Assembly (NCBI GenBank): GCA_050575255.1
Contig: JBNZDD010013596.1
Coordinates: 1,700,284-1,764,283, forward strand
Source: Harriotta raleighana
Taxonomy: Eukaryota
Direction of reading: 5' to 3'
DNA: 64,000 bases
Shown piece by piece: positions 37,863-51,951 of this stretch; positions within the stretch are counted from its first letter, which is position 1, and every line of letters starts with the position of its first letter. Made by a program: the position numbers and the translations under genes. The notes beneath the pieces are model-generated. The model made no database searches. It saw only the letters and a program-made list of their open reading frames with translations, and was not told where the DNA came from.

Positions 37863-38269
37863 CATGACATGTATGACTATGTTATTTCAAGATAATTGAG
37901 TCCTAGTTTTTCAGGTGATAAAAATGGCACTGTTATGCTGTAATGGCTAAGCACTGAAAGAACATGATTTATGAATAACACAAAACCACAAAGGCCAGCA
38001 GCAACTACCATAATTGGTGCAAGCAGCAAGAGAAAACATGCAAACCCTTTCCCAGAGTTTTCCTTCCAAAACTTAGGCTTGAGTTAGTTTAATGGAGGGG
38101 ACAAGCCAAAGAGTGAGGTAGGGGAGCATTACAGAAACTGAGAATTGCTAGGGTGTGAAGCGATTATAGGTGGGGGAAGGACTTTAATATCGATCCATTG
38201 GAAGACAATGTCATTTCAGAGCATCGGTAAGCAGAGTGTGTAAATTTAGCATCATTACACAAAATATGG

Positions 38270-38530
38270 AGGAAAAGATTAGGAAACTCTTATTTGCACA
38301 GTGGGTTATCAGGACCTGGAATGCTTCACCCAAAAATGATAGCTGAAGCAGAATCCATAACAACAACAACAAAATGACACTTATAGAGCGCCTTTCATGT
38401 CAGGAGGACATCCCAAGGCGCTGGACAATCACTGCTTCAAACACTTTAAAAATAATTAGAGAATTAGACAAATATATGGAAACAAAAACAAGAAAAGGAA
38501 TAAAGACAGAAGTAGTTGAAGGATTAAATA
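38270..38530 (+). mobile_element. Degenerate CR1 fragment interrupted by a minus-strand L2 tail (38357-38432)
   Basis: RKL-F..VIRTWNA.P...EAESI...FK..LDKY remnant split by CAACAACAAC...GGCGCTGGACAATCA. Confidence 0.6.
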
Positions 38531-39769
38531 GTTAACTGTTACAGAGAGTCAGCACAGATATGAAAAGCCAATAGCCATCTTCTCTGCAGAAAAATATCCA
38601 TGATTCTATAAAGCTATTGAGTGTCATGCAATAGGAGAGAAAAGATATGTTACTTAATGTGGCAAAATTACTTTCTTTTGTCTTAGTTATGCATTTTCTA
38701 GTTATGATTCCCACCTCAAATAATAGTTGACAATATCAATATTACCAGAACATTCAGATATCTAGCAAATACTGACATTTACAAATCAAAGGAAGGGTTG
38801 TATGTCTCCTTACCTTCCAAATCAGGTGCCAAAGTGCTCTCTGTAGCTCAGGGCTGATAGTATTTATCATGCATTGCTTTAGTGCTCAAACCAGAGTAAT
38901 AGGATATGTCTGAACAACATGGAACATGCATGAATGATGTATTGAGGCTAACATTCCCATAACAGTACACTATCTTACAAATTGATCTGAACATCAAAAT
39001 CTTACAACTGGATTTGCAAAACTGTGTTTTATCATGCATTGTGGTTGATAAGAGAAACATGCTTTCCCCTAGTGCTGTGGATGCACTGGCTCCTGATATA
39101 CATTGTGTAGTTTACTGATCTAAGAATGTTGCTGAGTTCATTTCATTTTCAACTACCCGCAATAAGGATTTGAGCAGCATATGCTTATTCAAATTCCTTT
39201 CCCGACCATTATTGCAAGTCACTCTCCCACAGCACCCTAACAGCACCATCGCAGAATCGGGTGCTAATCTGCAATATGGGCGTCAGATTCTCTAGCAAAA
39301 AAAAATCTCTAGTTCCAAAGCATACCAAAAATGGCAGCCATATCCACATCTATCACCAAACTCCACGCCCTTGGATTAATTAAAGAACATTTTTTTAAGC
39401 TTACTGATGATCTGCAGGGACAGTAGTAACATGAATGCCGAGTGTCCAACAACAAATTACATTTGTATAGTGGCTTTCAAATCAGGAGGATGTCCCAGTT
39501 TTCCTATTGTACTGTACAGCATAAGCACTACGAAACAGGAACTTTTTTGTCAATTAATTTCGGGCCATAGAACTCATAATTCTTGTTTTCTGGAATGCTT
39601 CAGTTTTTATTCATTTCAAATCTCCCCTCACCACCTCCCCCACCATCCTTGTCCCCCCCACATCCCCCCGTCCTCCCCCAACACGCACACCTTAGAACTA
39701 TAGTGTTTGTACCAAAAGCTAATTCAAACATCTTTATTGCAGCTATTTTGGTTTCCTGTTTGTGAGTGC

Positions 39770-40100
39770 AGATTATGGAGAGGGAGAAACATAAGCACAG
39801 TTGCTGTGTAGGGGCTGAAAGTGAGGCCTCCAATGATGGAACGTTCAGCATGAGGGACAGGCAGGAGGCAATCGAATGGTGGCAACAGGTAATGGACTGG
39901 GGAGTAGGCAAGTTGGGCAGGTCGCGAGCTGCTTTGCAATGAAGGGATTTGGAGACAAGTGTGGAGATCTTAAAGGTGTTCTGATTGTTGATAGTGAGCT
40001 ACTGGAGCCTAGCAAGAACTGGTGTGATGGGGGTATGGAGTTTAGTGTGGGTGAGCATGCAGGTGGCAGAGTTCTGAATTTTGTAAATAGTGAATAGTTT
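39770..40100 (-). mobile_element. Old L2 fragment
   Basis: Degenerate QNSA...HAHTKLHTPITPVLA.L remnant on the minus strand. Confidence 0.6.
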
Positions 40101-41269
40101 CAGTGATTCCTAAAAAGAATACCATTTGGGGTTTAGTCGATATTCCATGAATCAGCACTGAGAAAATGTGAATGTCGATCGAGAATAAAAATGACAAGTG
40201 TTGACATTTTATGGCAAACTCAGGTGTAGACAAATGCAGCAGGAGAGATGAAGTGTGTTGGAGAGGTTCAAGAACAACAACTGGTTCTTTAGAAATAAAT
40301 AGAAAAATGTGATGTTCTACAACACATGGAATTTAACACATTCCATAACACATGGAATCCGTTACGAAACACCATTATCTTTTGGGAGCAATTTTAATGT
40401 GACTGAAAATCTTTGTTCTTGAATCAATTAAACTGTAAACAAATTTTTATTTTCTCAGTATTTGAAAGCACAGAATTTTTGATTGACCTCTAATCTATCT
40501 GCTAGCTCCCTCCAACTTTACATTGCGGCTTTATTGCTTAATTATTTCTTCTCTCTGGAGTGCATTAAGGAACTGGCTTTTTAATCTTTTATATATTTTT
40601 CCTCCTTTCACAATAACTTGATCGTCCATGTGTTTTATGAGCCAACTCATTTAAGTCAACTGAGTTCAAGCAACTGAGTTGGCGGAATTAGAGCATATGG
40701 CAATGCTATCAGTATGGAGCAACATTTATCAACAGACCTGACAGATGTAATAAGTAAATGCATATTGTTTATATCTCAGAACTACTTAATATTTCTTAAA
40801 ACTTTTGAAGTTTTTCAGTGCAAGTTATTGATCAGAAAATCAAATTCACAAAGGAATGAACATATGACCCAATGTTTTACATCCACGTAAATAATAATAA
40901 ATGACTAATATTTTTAATTTTGCTATCTTACCAAGTTTACATTCAGTATTATGAATCTATGATTCTTTCCAATATATATGTTGAATTCACCTGTGAATAT
41001 TTATCTATCAATAATATTGTATTTTACTTCTGCAGCAGTTTTCTCCACTAACTATTCCTGCCCACTCCTCTCCATAAGTTTGACTGAATTTGGTTTTCAG
41101 TGTGGGATATGATTCTACAGCACAGATTGCCCTTACCTTACTGGCCATTAGTCAACCATAATCTTCAATGGTGAATGTCAGCAGGTTATTGAAGGCCAAG
41201 GAATACCATCAGAGTCTGATCCTGTCTCAACACATCTCCACCTGGATAGCGATCAGGAATAATAATAAT

Positions 41270-41573
41270 ACATAATATTAATAATCCTCGCATTTAATAA
41301 CACTTTTTACATCTTCTAGATGTCTCAAAGCGTTTCACAGAATATACTGTTAAGTGAATTGACTGTATATTTGTGGGCAAAATGGGGCAACCAATTGTGC
41401 TCAGCATTATCCCACAAACAGTTGTGGATTGAAATGACCAATTTATTATTTTTTGAGGGTTCATTGTTGGCATGTGGATTAAGGAAACTTGCCTAAGGCT
41501 TCGCCCTGCTGGGAACCGAACCCAGGTCGCCCACTTGTAAGGCGAGTGCTCTAACCACTGAACTACAGGACTC
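41270..41573 (-). mobile_element. tRNA-derived SINE, full length
   Basis: Head GAGTCCTGTAGTTCAGTGGTTAGAGCACTCGCCTTACAAGTGGGCGACCTGGGTTCGGTTCCC, with TAC in the anticodon position (tRNA-Val-like). Confidence 0.9.
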
Positions 41574-41599
41574 TGAATAGTAACCATGGCTGATAAATC

Positions 41600-42080
41600 G
41601 TTCCCTATGATTCAGAACTCCACCGCATCTATACTCACTCACACTAAACTCTGTACCCCCATCAAACCAGTTACCGGCAAACTCTGTACCCCCATCACAC
41701 CAGTTACCGGCAGATTCCACTGGCTCCTTATCTCAGATTGTATCGATTTCAAGAACCGCTCACTCATTTACAAATCCCTCCATGCCCTACCTTTCTGACC
41801 TGCTTCCTCCTCATTCCAATACCCACTACATCTGCTCGGCTGGCTATGACCTCTGCTCGTCTCTTGATCTTCTGCTTCACCATTGGCAAACATGCCACTG
41901 TGCCCCGCTTTCTCTCTCTTTCCATCCTTCCACCATGCCCCCACCTTCCCCTCTTGTAAATCACGACTGAGGACCTTTCTTGTTGGTCACTTCTTCCCTT
42001 CCCCTGGCTTGGCATCAGGCACTGACACTGAGTCACTGCCCCATGTGAAGGGCACTATATTAATGCACATTGTTGTTGTT
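41600..42080 (+). mobile_element. L2 3' fragment with an internal tandem duplication
   Basis: IQNSTASILTH(TKLCTPIKPVTG)(KLCTPITPVTG)RFHWL..IDFK; tail ends in TTGTTGTTG. Confidence 0.75.
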
Positions 42081-42714
42081 GTAACACCCCTATCATCTGC
42101 CTGACTGAGATCAGTTAACTGGTGATTGAACTTGAACTTCTTATCAATTGTATTTTTATGTTTTTCTAATAATCCACTAGAGGACTCGAGGACAGGATTG
42201 TGATGAGAGGAGTGAAAGGAATGGTTCAGAAGAATATCTTCTCCAAGAGGCTTATCGGGATATGGATTGATTTCCCATCGGTGACTATTAGAGCAGAAAC
42301 ATTTCAAAAAGAAATCGGACATGCACATGGAGTGAAAGGATATCAGAGAGTATAGGGAAAGAGCAGAGAGTTGGGATTAGGATGAATACCTTCTTAGAGC
42401 AGCGCACACCAAAATGAAACATTGAGCTGAATAGTTTTCTTCTGTATCATACAATTCTACTGTTCTGTGGACAAGTTTAAAATACTGCACATGAGTTCTC
42501 TGTAACAATGATAAAAAATCAGTTCCAGCTCTCTTGCATGTATATTGCGAAAATACTCTGTTCGGGGAACTTTAAGCTACATAGACCAGAATGTCGCAGG
42601 TTTAAATACTAGTTGAGTTAGTTGAACTTTCTTTGGACAACACTGATGGCTGAGGGAAATACTTCCTGCTGTAAGATGCATTCCTGGTGCCCCAATCAAA
42701 TAACCTGATAATAC

Positions 42715-43470
42715 TCACCCTCACTCTAAGAACTATTGCTCCGCCCTTACTTCCTCCAAGTCCTCCTATTACTCCAAATTAATATTGGAGGCCAAGGAAA
42801 ACTCCAGACTCCTCTTCTCCACCACAAACCGTCTCAATCGTCCACCCTCCCACTCCTCACCCATCCTATTCTTCAACTCAAACTTTGAGGATATGCTGGA
42901 CATCCTCGAATCAAAAATCGAAGGAATCCGTTTATCCTCCTCTACCCCGTCCACCACTACTTCCCCATTATCTCTCCCCTAGGATCCGCCTCCATCCCAC
43001 TCCCCACTAATCACTTCAACAAGACGGAGGCCCTCCTGATTGGCTCACGTTAGTGCCTCCGCACCTCAGGCGCTGACAATATCAGCATTCAAGGCTACTC
43101 TCTTCATCTCTCAAAGCCAGTCAGGAATCTGGGCATCTTGTTTGACCCCGAACTGTCCTTCCACCCCCATATCCTCGCCGTGTGTCTACTTCATGTGCCC
43201 CTACCGACCTTTCACATGATTCATGATCGAGCCTGCCTCCAACCTCTGGAATTCCATCCCACAGTCCCTCCACCTTGCCCCTTCACTAGCCTCCTTCAAG
43301 TTCTGCCACACTCTTCTATGACAGTCCCATTGGTCTCCCCAAATCTCCTCCTTCGCCGCCACTCTCCCCATACCTGACCCCAGCTCAGGTCTGAAATGGT
43401 GACTGTCCAATGCCTTGGGACATCCTCCTGACGTGAAAGGCACCATACAAGTGTAATTTTGTTGTTGTTG
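42715..43470 (+). mobile_element. Internally deleted L2 fragments
   Basis: EAKENSRLLFSTTNRL, NKTEALLIG and VRNLGILFDPELSFHPHI motifs, then the tail. Confidence 0.8.
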
Positions 43471-43511
43471 TCAAGGGTAACACGTAAATAAATACAGCAG
43501 TCACTTGGGCA

Positions 43512-43530
43512 AGGCAGCAGAGGGCGCCAG
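43512..43530 (+). promoter_or_regulatory. Candidate CTCF site
   Basis: GCAGCAGAGGGCGCCA has one mismatch to the CTCF core consensus. Confidence 0.45.
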
Positions 43531-43929
43531 CCATGGAACCATATTCCAGGAGAAGGGAAAGAAGTTAATGCCTTTAGGGAAGAAGAAAATTGGCATCGGA
43601 ATTTATTCTTAAAAATAAAGAATAATTTGACATATGATGCGTTAGTACTGTGGCAAAAATCCCAATGTTGTCAGTCGAATTGAGTTCTGTCTGTGATTAA
43701 CATTAACTTTTTTTGCAAGCAATTTGTTAATTAAACATCTGTTTTATTAACACAATAACTGACTTGGCAGCAATGAGATAATGTAAAAGGTCAGGACTTT
43801 GCGAAGCATAGAATTTATTTTCTCAATGTCTGTCACCCAATGAGAGTCACTAGATTATTTTTTGCAATCCAATGCTCCGTATTACTTGTAGGTTTTATAC
43901 ACTAAAATCCTAAATGATCCCCATTATGG

Positions 43930-45250
43930 GTTCATGAAGTGAAGGTCTTGCCAATCTAATTTACTGATTTTGTCTGACAGTGTGACAATGGAGCTTGACA
44001 AGGGTCTGCCTGTAGACATTGTATATCTAGATTTCAGTAAGGCCTTTAAGTTCCTCTTGCAAGGCTGCCACTGAAAATAAAGAGAGTGGGAATCTGTGGA
44101 GGCATATTAAAATGGATATGTAATTGGTTGACCAGAAGAACCAATAGGGTGGTAGTACAGGCAATTTCATCAGACGGGGAAAATGTTACCATTACAGTTC
44201 TAAAGGGTCTGTTTTGGGACCTCTTTTGTTTATTATTTTTATAAATGTTCTGGAACCAAGATTTACGAGCTCTGTGAAGTTTGCAGATGACACCAAGATG
44301 ACATGTGATACAACAACAACAAACAACAACAAAGTTACATTTGTAGAGTGTCTTTCACATCGGGAAGATATCCCAAGGTGCTGAAACATAGATTGCGAAG
44401 CTGAACAAGATAGGATATAAGCATTCTTGGGAATTGGGCAGATCAGTGGCAGATGAAATTCAATGTGGAGAAATGTAAAGTACTTCACATGCGGACAAAA
44501 CATCCTGGAAGGGACTATTATTTGAATGGAAGGAAAATAATATGCATGGAAAATGAAAAGGACCTGGGGGTTCTGATTGACAAGAAATTGAAGCTCTCCC
44601 AACAATGCTCTGTGGCAGTGAATAAAGCAAACCAGATGTTGGGATGTATCAAAAGATCAATAGCAAGTCAAAATAGTGGGGTAATCCTGCCACTGTATAA
44701 ATCATTGGTGAGACCATACTTGGTGTACTGCGTACAATTCTGGTCGCTGCGGACAAAAAGGATATTGGAGAAATCAAGAAGATACAGAGGGCAATCAAAA
44801 TGATCGAGGGAATGGAAGGACTGGACTATGAGCAGCAACTAAGTAAATTGGGCACGTTCATTCTGGAAAAGAGAAGATTGAGAGGCAAAATGATTGCTGT
44901 CTAAGATTCTAATGGGGCATGACAATATAAATTATGACAAGCTGTTTCAACTTGTCCAGGATAGTAAAACCAGATTGTGATTGAAGTGGGGTAAATTCAG
45001 AGCAAATGTATGCCAACACTATTTCAGTGAGCGAGAGTGAACCTGTGGAACAGGCTCCCCAGGGAGACGGTTGAGGCAGGAAATGTTGATTCTTCCAACT
45101 ACAGATTAGATTGTTTTCTTTTAGGAAATAACATTATGGAATACAGCACATAGGTAGCTTGGGACATGCGACTGCCAGGAAGGTGGAAGGTGAACTAAAT
45201 GAACCTTAGTCTTTTTTCGTTTAGCATTTTTTATGTTCTTATATTCTTAT
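43930..45250 (+). mobile_element. CR1 LINE ORF2 (RT) remnant to the 3' end, with an L2 tail inserted at about 44311-44388
   Basis: VDIVYLDFSKAF, GSVLGPLLFIIFIN, KFADDTK, WQMKFNVEKCKVLH and LPLYKSLVRPYL.YCVQFWS motifs; frameshifted. Confidence 0.92.
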
Positions 45251-46314
45251 ACTAATGCTATGCATTGATGATTTTGAATTTGTTTCCATGTTTATTGCAT
45301 TGCTTCCAAAATGACTCATCTTTTAAGAATTAACTGGTTGCCCCATTTCTCATATATAGTACATTTGTTGTGTTAGAACCAACAGTTGTTTATTACCAAT
45401 CTCTCACTCATATTTTGATTTTTAAGGCTATCTTTCTTGAGGTGAAATCTTTTGACTGTTGTTCATTTCCAGCTGAGTTTTTTTTCCACAGAAAATAAAA
45501 TACATTGTACAGTTAATTGTGTAGAATGATGCAATTTAATAGTAGAAAGATGGAAAAGGCTTATGGCCTTGGATAGGCCACTTCATAGTACACCAGTCAA
45601 ACTAATTTTCAAAGGTAGTTTAGACTGGGTTAGTAAGGATGAAGATATTCAAACCCCTGACTTTTATTTAGGACCATGACCAAGACTAAGTTTTCATGCA
45701 GTCTTTCAAAGGCTGGGAAGCAGCACCACTGAAATGCAAGTGTTGATTGTCTCACCCTCGAACCTTTGGTACACCAAAAAAATCTGGAATTAAAGTTTAC
45801 TGAAAACCGTTGTGTTTACACTATTATATTGCCCATTTCCGAATCTTTCAAATCATGGGTTCTCCTCTCTGTCTCCTCTCCAATACGTGCAGGGAATGGG
45901 CCAAATAAAATTGATTGTTCACTTTATGACGGTTTGTAGGATAACATGGATACAATTGGGCTGCTGCATTTGCCAACAAATCCAGAGTCACTCTACTTCA
46001 TAACAAATGAAACGCTTCCTGACATGGAAGCATCATACAAAATGGATTTTTTAAAAATTATTATTCAGCAATATTTTTACCATTCCACTTGATTCATTCA
46101 ACTCTTTCTTCACAACTGGAATTTACCTGTCATGAATGGTGCTTTAAGGGGAAACACTGTCTTAAAGCATCATTCCTTAAGTCATGTCAGCCATTTTCAA
46201 GAAAGTGCTTCTGTATTTCTACTTGGTGTACTATCGAAATTCCTTATAATGCATCATGTTAGCGATTCTCAAGGCAGGCAGTGCTCTGTTACTACCTGGT
46301 GTTTAGGAGTGAGA

Positions 46315-46700
46315 CAACAACAACAACAAAATTATACTTGTATAGCGCCTTTCACATCAGGAGGATGTCCCAAGGCACTGGACAATCAGTGCTTCAGACC
46401 CAAGATAGGGTCGAGGGAACGGAGGGTGGGTTGGGAGGGAAGGGGGGGGTTTAGGAGTTGCTGATGGGACCATCGAAGAGGATTCTTGAGGTGGGACTTG
46501 AAGGAGATCAGGGAGGGAGCGAGGCAGAGAGACTGCAGGATGGAGTTCCAGAGTTTGGGGGTCAGAGTGACTAAAGGCTCACCCACCAAAGGTGGGACGG
46601 GTGGGTCTGAGGATGTGAAGCAGGCCAGAGCCTACCGAGCGGAGGGGGCGGGCAGGTTGGTAAGGGGTTAGAAGGTCATGGATGTAGGGTGGGGCGAGAC
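46315..46700 (-). mobile_element. L2 3' fragment
   Basis: PKLWNSILQSLCLAPSLISFKSHLK translation plus (TTG)n tail. Confidence 0.85.
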
Positions 46701-49394
46701 GTTTATATACTGACATTTACCAAAAATATTAAAGGGCACTCATGATCTTAAATAGCATATTGACAAGTAGCGCATTATAGAAATTCCAATTTATATACTA
46801 TTATGTAGTGGGAATAAACTCTTATGATCATTATGTACAGTAATGACAATTCTACTCCAGTCTTATCGGAAGATGCTTCATTTCATCCAAAGTATAAAGC
46901 GTTTGATGAATGAGTTAAGCAGCCTCAACTAGAAATATCAACTACAATTAATTTTCCATCTGTAGTAACGAGATAGGATGAAAAACACACTCTAAAGGAA
47001 ATCATTCATGAGTACCTGCAGCCTTCCAAGTAGTAGTGTTTTAAATGGAATTGAAAAAGTTGAAATGTAGAAAAATACTTTAAGATGTACCAAGACAGCA
47101 GAATAAGTGGGCATTGGTTTACAATTGCAAATGATAATTTCAGGACAGATTCCAGGTGTCTTTCTTTGCCCTAACTAATGAATGGAACAGGTTGCCAGGA
47201 AGGGTGGTTAAGGCCTTAACACTGGACCCCTTTTTAAAAAAAACACACAGCTTGATGCTGTAATGGGAGGTAAGGAGGGAGTTCTCAAAGAATGAGATCA
47301 GATGGGCTTAAGGGCCTTCTTTATCCAAACCAATCTTGTGATATTCATAACAGCACACTGTTGGCCACAGTATATTGTACACTCATTTTTTATGAGTGTG
47401 AAGGATGAAACATTCCATGACTGGAAGCAATCATAAGGATAATTTTGCAAAGCATCTGTCCCCTTTGTTTCAGCTGTTTCCAGCTGTGCTCTGTTGCTAG
47501 GCTAACTGTAGTGGTTCACACCGGGAAATAAATATAAAAATAGAGATAGATGGAGAAAAATACTAGTACTAACAATTACAGCTAATTTAATAAATATTAA
47601 AGTGCTGCACTTATAAAATTGATTCAGTTCCTTATTTTTCCTGATGCCATTTCATATTTCTGGTTTAGATTAATTTTACTCCTTCTCTCCATCCATCTCT
47701 CTTTCCGTCCCTCCCTCTGCAGAGATATTTTAATGGTTTAGCATTTCTTGAAGCATAATGTGACTTTAGAGCCAACTCATGTAGTCTGATCATGAATTAA
47801 CATATCCAATCTTTTTCTAATAAGGGAAAGCACACTGAAATGAAACAGGTGGTTATGGAAGAGATTCCCTCCCGTCAGTCTGAGTAATCTCTGCATTGTG
47901 AGTGGAAGGCTCTTGCTGTGGCTGAATCATTAGCCTGTGCCAGACCTCGTTCCAACAGTGAACTGTTTGTTCTGGATGCTTCATGTAACACAGAGTGAAT
48001 CTATTTAATGCTACAATTTAACTCCTGTACTCCTCATTTCTGAGGATCAGTTGTAAAACCATTTGCCTAGTCTTAGATTACACAGTGTTGCTGTGTACAG
48101 AAATATATATTATTCTTCCAGGGTCATTTTCTGACCCCATTCCACTTTATACTGAAGAGGAACAAGTAAAAGTATGTAACCAGTGGAATTAGTATATCAA
48201 AACACGAAAGAAAAGTGCTTATTTTGTGGGCTTTATAGTGTTTTTTTTACTATAGTTCTGTAATCAGCTGGTAACATTGAATAGGGAAACACTCCTGCCA
48301 TATTCCCTGAGGCTGGACTCACAAGGATTAACATTGGATTGTTTGTCCGTGTAATGAGCAGCAATTCACTATGGATGAATGTAGACAAGGAGACAGGGGC
48401 AAAACACTTCATCCTACTTCATGATTTTCATTCCATTGATCAACAAGAGAAACAACAATATTCTTAAGTATAGAAGGATCTTTTGCCATTTTGGGGGGAT
48501 ATTAATAGTATTCAGATACAAATCTTAGTACTTACACTGATACAGCTTATCCTCAAACTCTCAGATTGTAAAATGCCATCCAAGCAGGTTCCAATACGTA
48601 TTTATGTAACATAATCTATCTCCAAACAATGAAGACCAGAAAAAATGTAATTCAAAAGATTGTGATAATATGGAGCAGACTGCCCCAGAAGAGCATAGTC
48701 ATTTGAGACAATCATGCAGTATTTATAGAATAGCAATAATAATAATTGCATTTGATACCCTTATCACTTCATCAAGAGTCTCAAAACCTTTCACAGGATA
48801 TGCTGGAATGTGGATTTACTGTGGATTTTGTAGGTGTAAGAATATTAAGCAAAATGGAAAAAAGATAGGCAAATTAAACAGTTACCACAGGTATAATTTA
48901 AAGAAGGAATAAGAGCCATGGATTCCATACTCTATTCCTATAGTATAATATATGTGTAGGAGCAAGAGTACAAAATGACAGCGGCATATAATTAAATCCA
49001 TTTTGTATAGCTGAGCTTGCATTTTATGTCTCATCACATAACGATAATATAACAATAGTAATCCCAGCATTTGATATAGAGCCTTATTATGTCGTTGAGA
49101 CAACTCAAAGAGCTTCACAGAATATACTGTAAAGTGTAGTGACTGTGTGTTTTGTGTATATAACATAAATATATTCTTTGCACATAAAATATTTTGTATT
49201 ATATTACAAAGTGCTGTATTGTTTTGCAGTGGAGTGATGCTTGTTAAAAGCAGCAATGTCCTACAATCTCTGACAAAATAAACAAACACATACCTGTATT
49301 CTGTTTACGGTAAATTTAAATATGGGAGAATAGTTGATGAGGATTATTAATATAATAACAGAACAGATGTCAATACCTCCAAAATAATTTTTTT

Positions 49395-49665
49395 AAATTC
49401 TTGCAATCGTTAGAGTGCTTTTCACATCTTCCAGACGTCTCAAAGCACTTCACAGAGTAAACTGTAAAGTGAATTGACTGTATATTTATGGGCAAAATGC
49501 GGAAGCCAATTGCGCACAGCAGTGTCCCACAAACAGTCATGGATTGAAATGGCTAATTTACTATTGTTTTTTTCTTGTGAGATTATTATCAGGTTTATGG
49601 AATAAGGAAACTTGCTCAAGGTTTTGCCCTGCTAGGAATCAAACCCAGGTCTCTCGCTTGTAAAA
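49395..49665 (-). mobile_element. tRNA-derived SINE, 5'-truncated (duplicated at 50687-50938)
   Basis: B box, body and tail are present. Confidence 0.85.
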
Positions 49666-51951
49666 ATATTTAATGAAGTGTAGTCCCTCACTAGAATGTC
49701 GTACTATAAAAGGGCAAGAGTGTTCCTAATGCCAATTCCTACACATAACAACAACAAAATTACATTTCTAGAGTCACTTTCACTTCGAGAGGATGTCCCA
49801 CGCGCTGAACAGTCAGGGGTTGGGATCTGAGTGGTGGGGACAGGTGGGTTGAGAGTAGAGAGGACAGAAGGATAGGAGGGTGACTGAAGGCACAGTTGAA
49901 AAGGAGGCTCTTGAGATTGTTCTTGAAGGAGGAAAGGGAGGGAGCAAGACAGAGGGTTTGTGGAATGGAGTTCCAAAATGTAGGAGCAGAGAGGCTGAAG
50001 ACCCGGCCAGCCATGGTAGGACGGTAGGGTTGGACGGGAGATGTGGAACAGGCCGGAGCCTGCTGAATGCAGTGAGCGGACAGGTTGCTTGGTGGTCAGC
50101 ACATCAAAGAGGTAGGAGGGGGTAAAGTCGAGGAAGGCTTTGAAAGTGAGGATGAGGATATTGAATTTGATCCACTGAGGAATGCGGAGCGAGTGGAGCC
50201 AGACAAGGATTGGGGTGATGGGGTCGCAGAGCCTGGTTGTAGGAGAGAACATGGGCTGCACAGTTTGGGATGATCTGCAGCTTGTAGAGGGAAGAGTTTG
50301 GGAGGCTGACAAGGAGGATGTTGCAGTAGTCGAGCCTAGAGGTGACAAATACGTGTGTAAGGGAACAGTATTTGCCTGATAGGGAGTATGTTACATCAGT
50401 TGAATCATGGGTGTTGCAGAGAATGCAGTATACAGCCCATATGATAGCAGGACCAAAATTTCTGTTTGCTCATTTTAAGGAAAGAAATGGTAAACCTGTG
50501 CAAACAATAACAACTTGCATTTATCATAGAATCATAAAATTTTCAGCACAAGAGGAGGCCATTCGGCCCATCAAGTCTGTGCTGCCTCTTTGAAAAGAGC
50601 TATTCAAAGTCATTCCCACTCCCCAGCTCTGTCCCCATAACTCCACAAACCTGTCCTCCCCAAATAAACGTCTACCTCTCTTTTANAGTGCTTTTCACAT
50701 CTTCCAGACGTCTCAAAGCACTTCACAGAGTAAACTGTAAAGTGAATTGACTGTATATTTATGGGCAAAATGCGGAAGCCAATTGCGCACAGCAGTGTCC
50801 CACAAACAGTCATGGATTGAAATGGCTAATTTACTATTGTTTTTTTCTTGTGAGATTATTATCAGGTTTATGGAATAAGGAAACTTGCTCAAGGTTTTGC
50901 CCTGCTAGGAATCAAACCCAGGTCTCTCGCTTGTAAAAATATTTAATGAAGTGTAGTCCCTCACTAGAATGTCGTACTATAAAAGGGCAAGAGTGTTCCT
51001 AATGCCAATTCCTACACATAACAACAACAAAATTACATTTCTAGAGTCACTTTCACTTCGAGAGGATGTCCCACGCGCTGAACAGTCAGGGGTTGGGATC
51101 TGAGTGGTGGGGACAGGTGGGTTGAGAGTAGAGAGGACAGAAGGATAGGAGGGTGACTGAAGGCACAGTTGAAAAGGAGGCTCTTGAGATTGTTCTTGAA
51201 GGAGGAAAGGGAGGGAGCAAGACAGAGGGTTTGTGGAATGGAGTTCCAAAATGTAGGAGCAGAGAGGCTGAAGACCCGGCCAGCCATGGTAGGACGGTAG
51301 GGTTGGACGGGAGATGTGGAACAGGCCGGAGCCTGCTGAATGCGGACAGGTTGCTTGGTGGTCAGCACATCAAAGAGGTAGGAGGGGGTAAAGTCGAGGA
51401 AGGCTTTGAAAGTGAGGATGAGGATATTGAATTTGATCCACTGAGGAATGCGGAGCGAGTGGAGCCAGACAAGGATTGGGGTGATGGGGTCGCAGAGCCT
51501 GGTTGTAGGAGAGAACATGGGCTGCACAGTTTGGGATGATCTGCAGCTTGTAGAGGGAAGAGTTTGGGAGGCTGACAAGGAGGATGTTGCAGTAGTCGAG
51601 CCTAGAGGTGACAAATACGTGTGTAAGGGAACAGTATTTGCCTGATAGGGAGTATGTTACATCAGTTGAATCATGGGTGTTGCAGAGAATGCAGTATACA
51701 GCCCATATGATAGCAGGACCAAAATTTCTGTTTGCTCATCTTAAGGAAAGAAATGGTAAACCTGTGCAAACAATAACAACTTGCATTTATCATAGAATCA
51801 TAAAATTTTCAGCACAAGAGGAGGCCATTCGGCCCATCAAGTCTGTGCTGCCTCTTTGAAAAGAGCTATTCAAAGTCATTCCCACTCCCCAGCTCTGTCC
51901 CCATAACTCCACAAACCTGTCCTCCCCAAATAAACGTCTACCTCTCTTTTA
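49414..51951. other. 1.27-kb direct duplication joined by a single N (50686); probable uncollapsed haplotypes
   Basis: The copies differ by a 7-bp indel (offset changes from 1273 to 1266) and at least one SNP. Confidence 0.85.
49745..50345 (-). mobile_element. L2 3' fragment (duplicated at about 51018-51611)
   Basis: PITPILVWLHSLRIPQWIKFNILILTFKA...FWNSIPQTL...FKNNLKSLLF. Confidence 0.88.

Noticed and set aside
41505-41573. tRNA-Val-like gene (also near 290-352, 5480-5553 and 56915-56982)
   Set aside because: These are SINE heads, continuous with the SINE body and tail and mutated differently in each copy.
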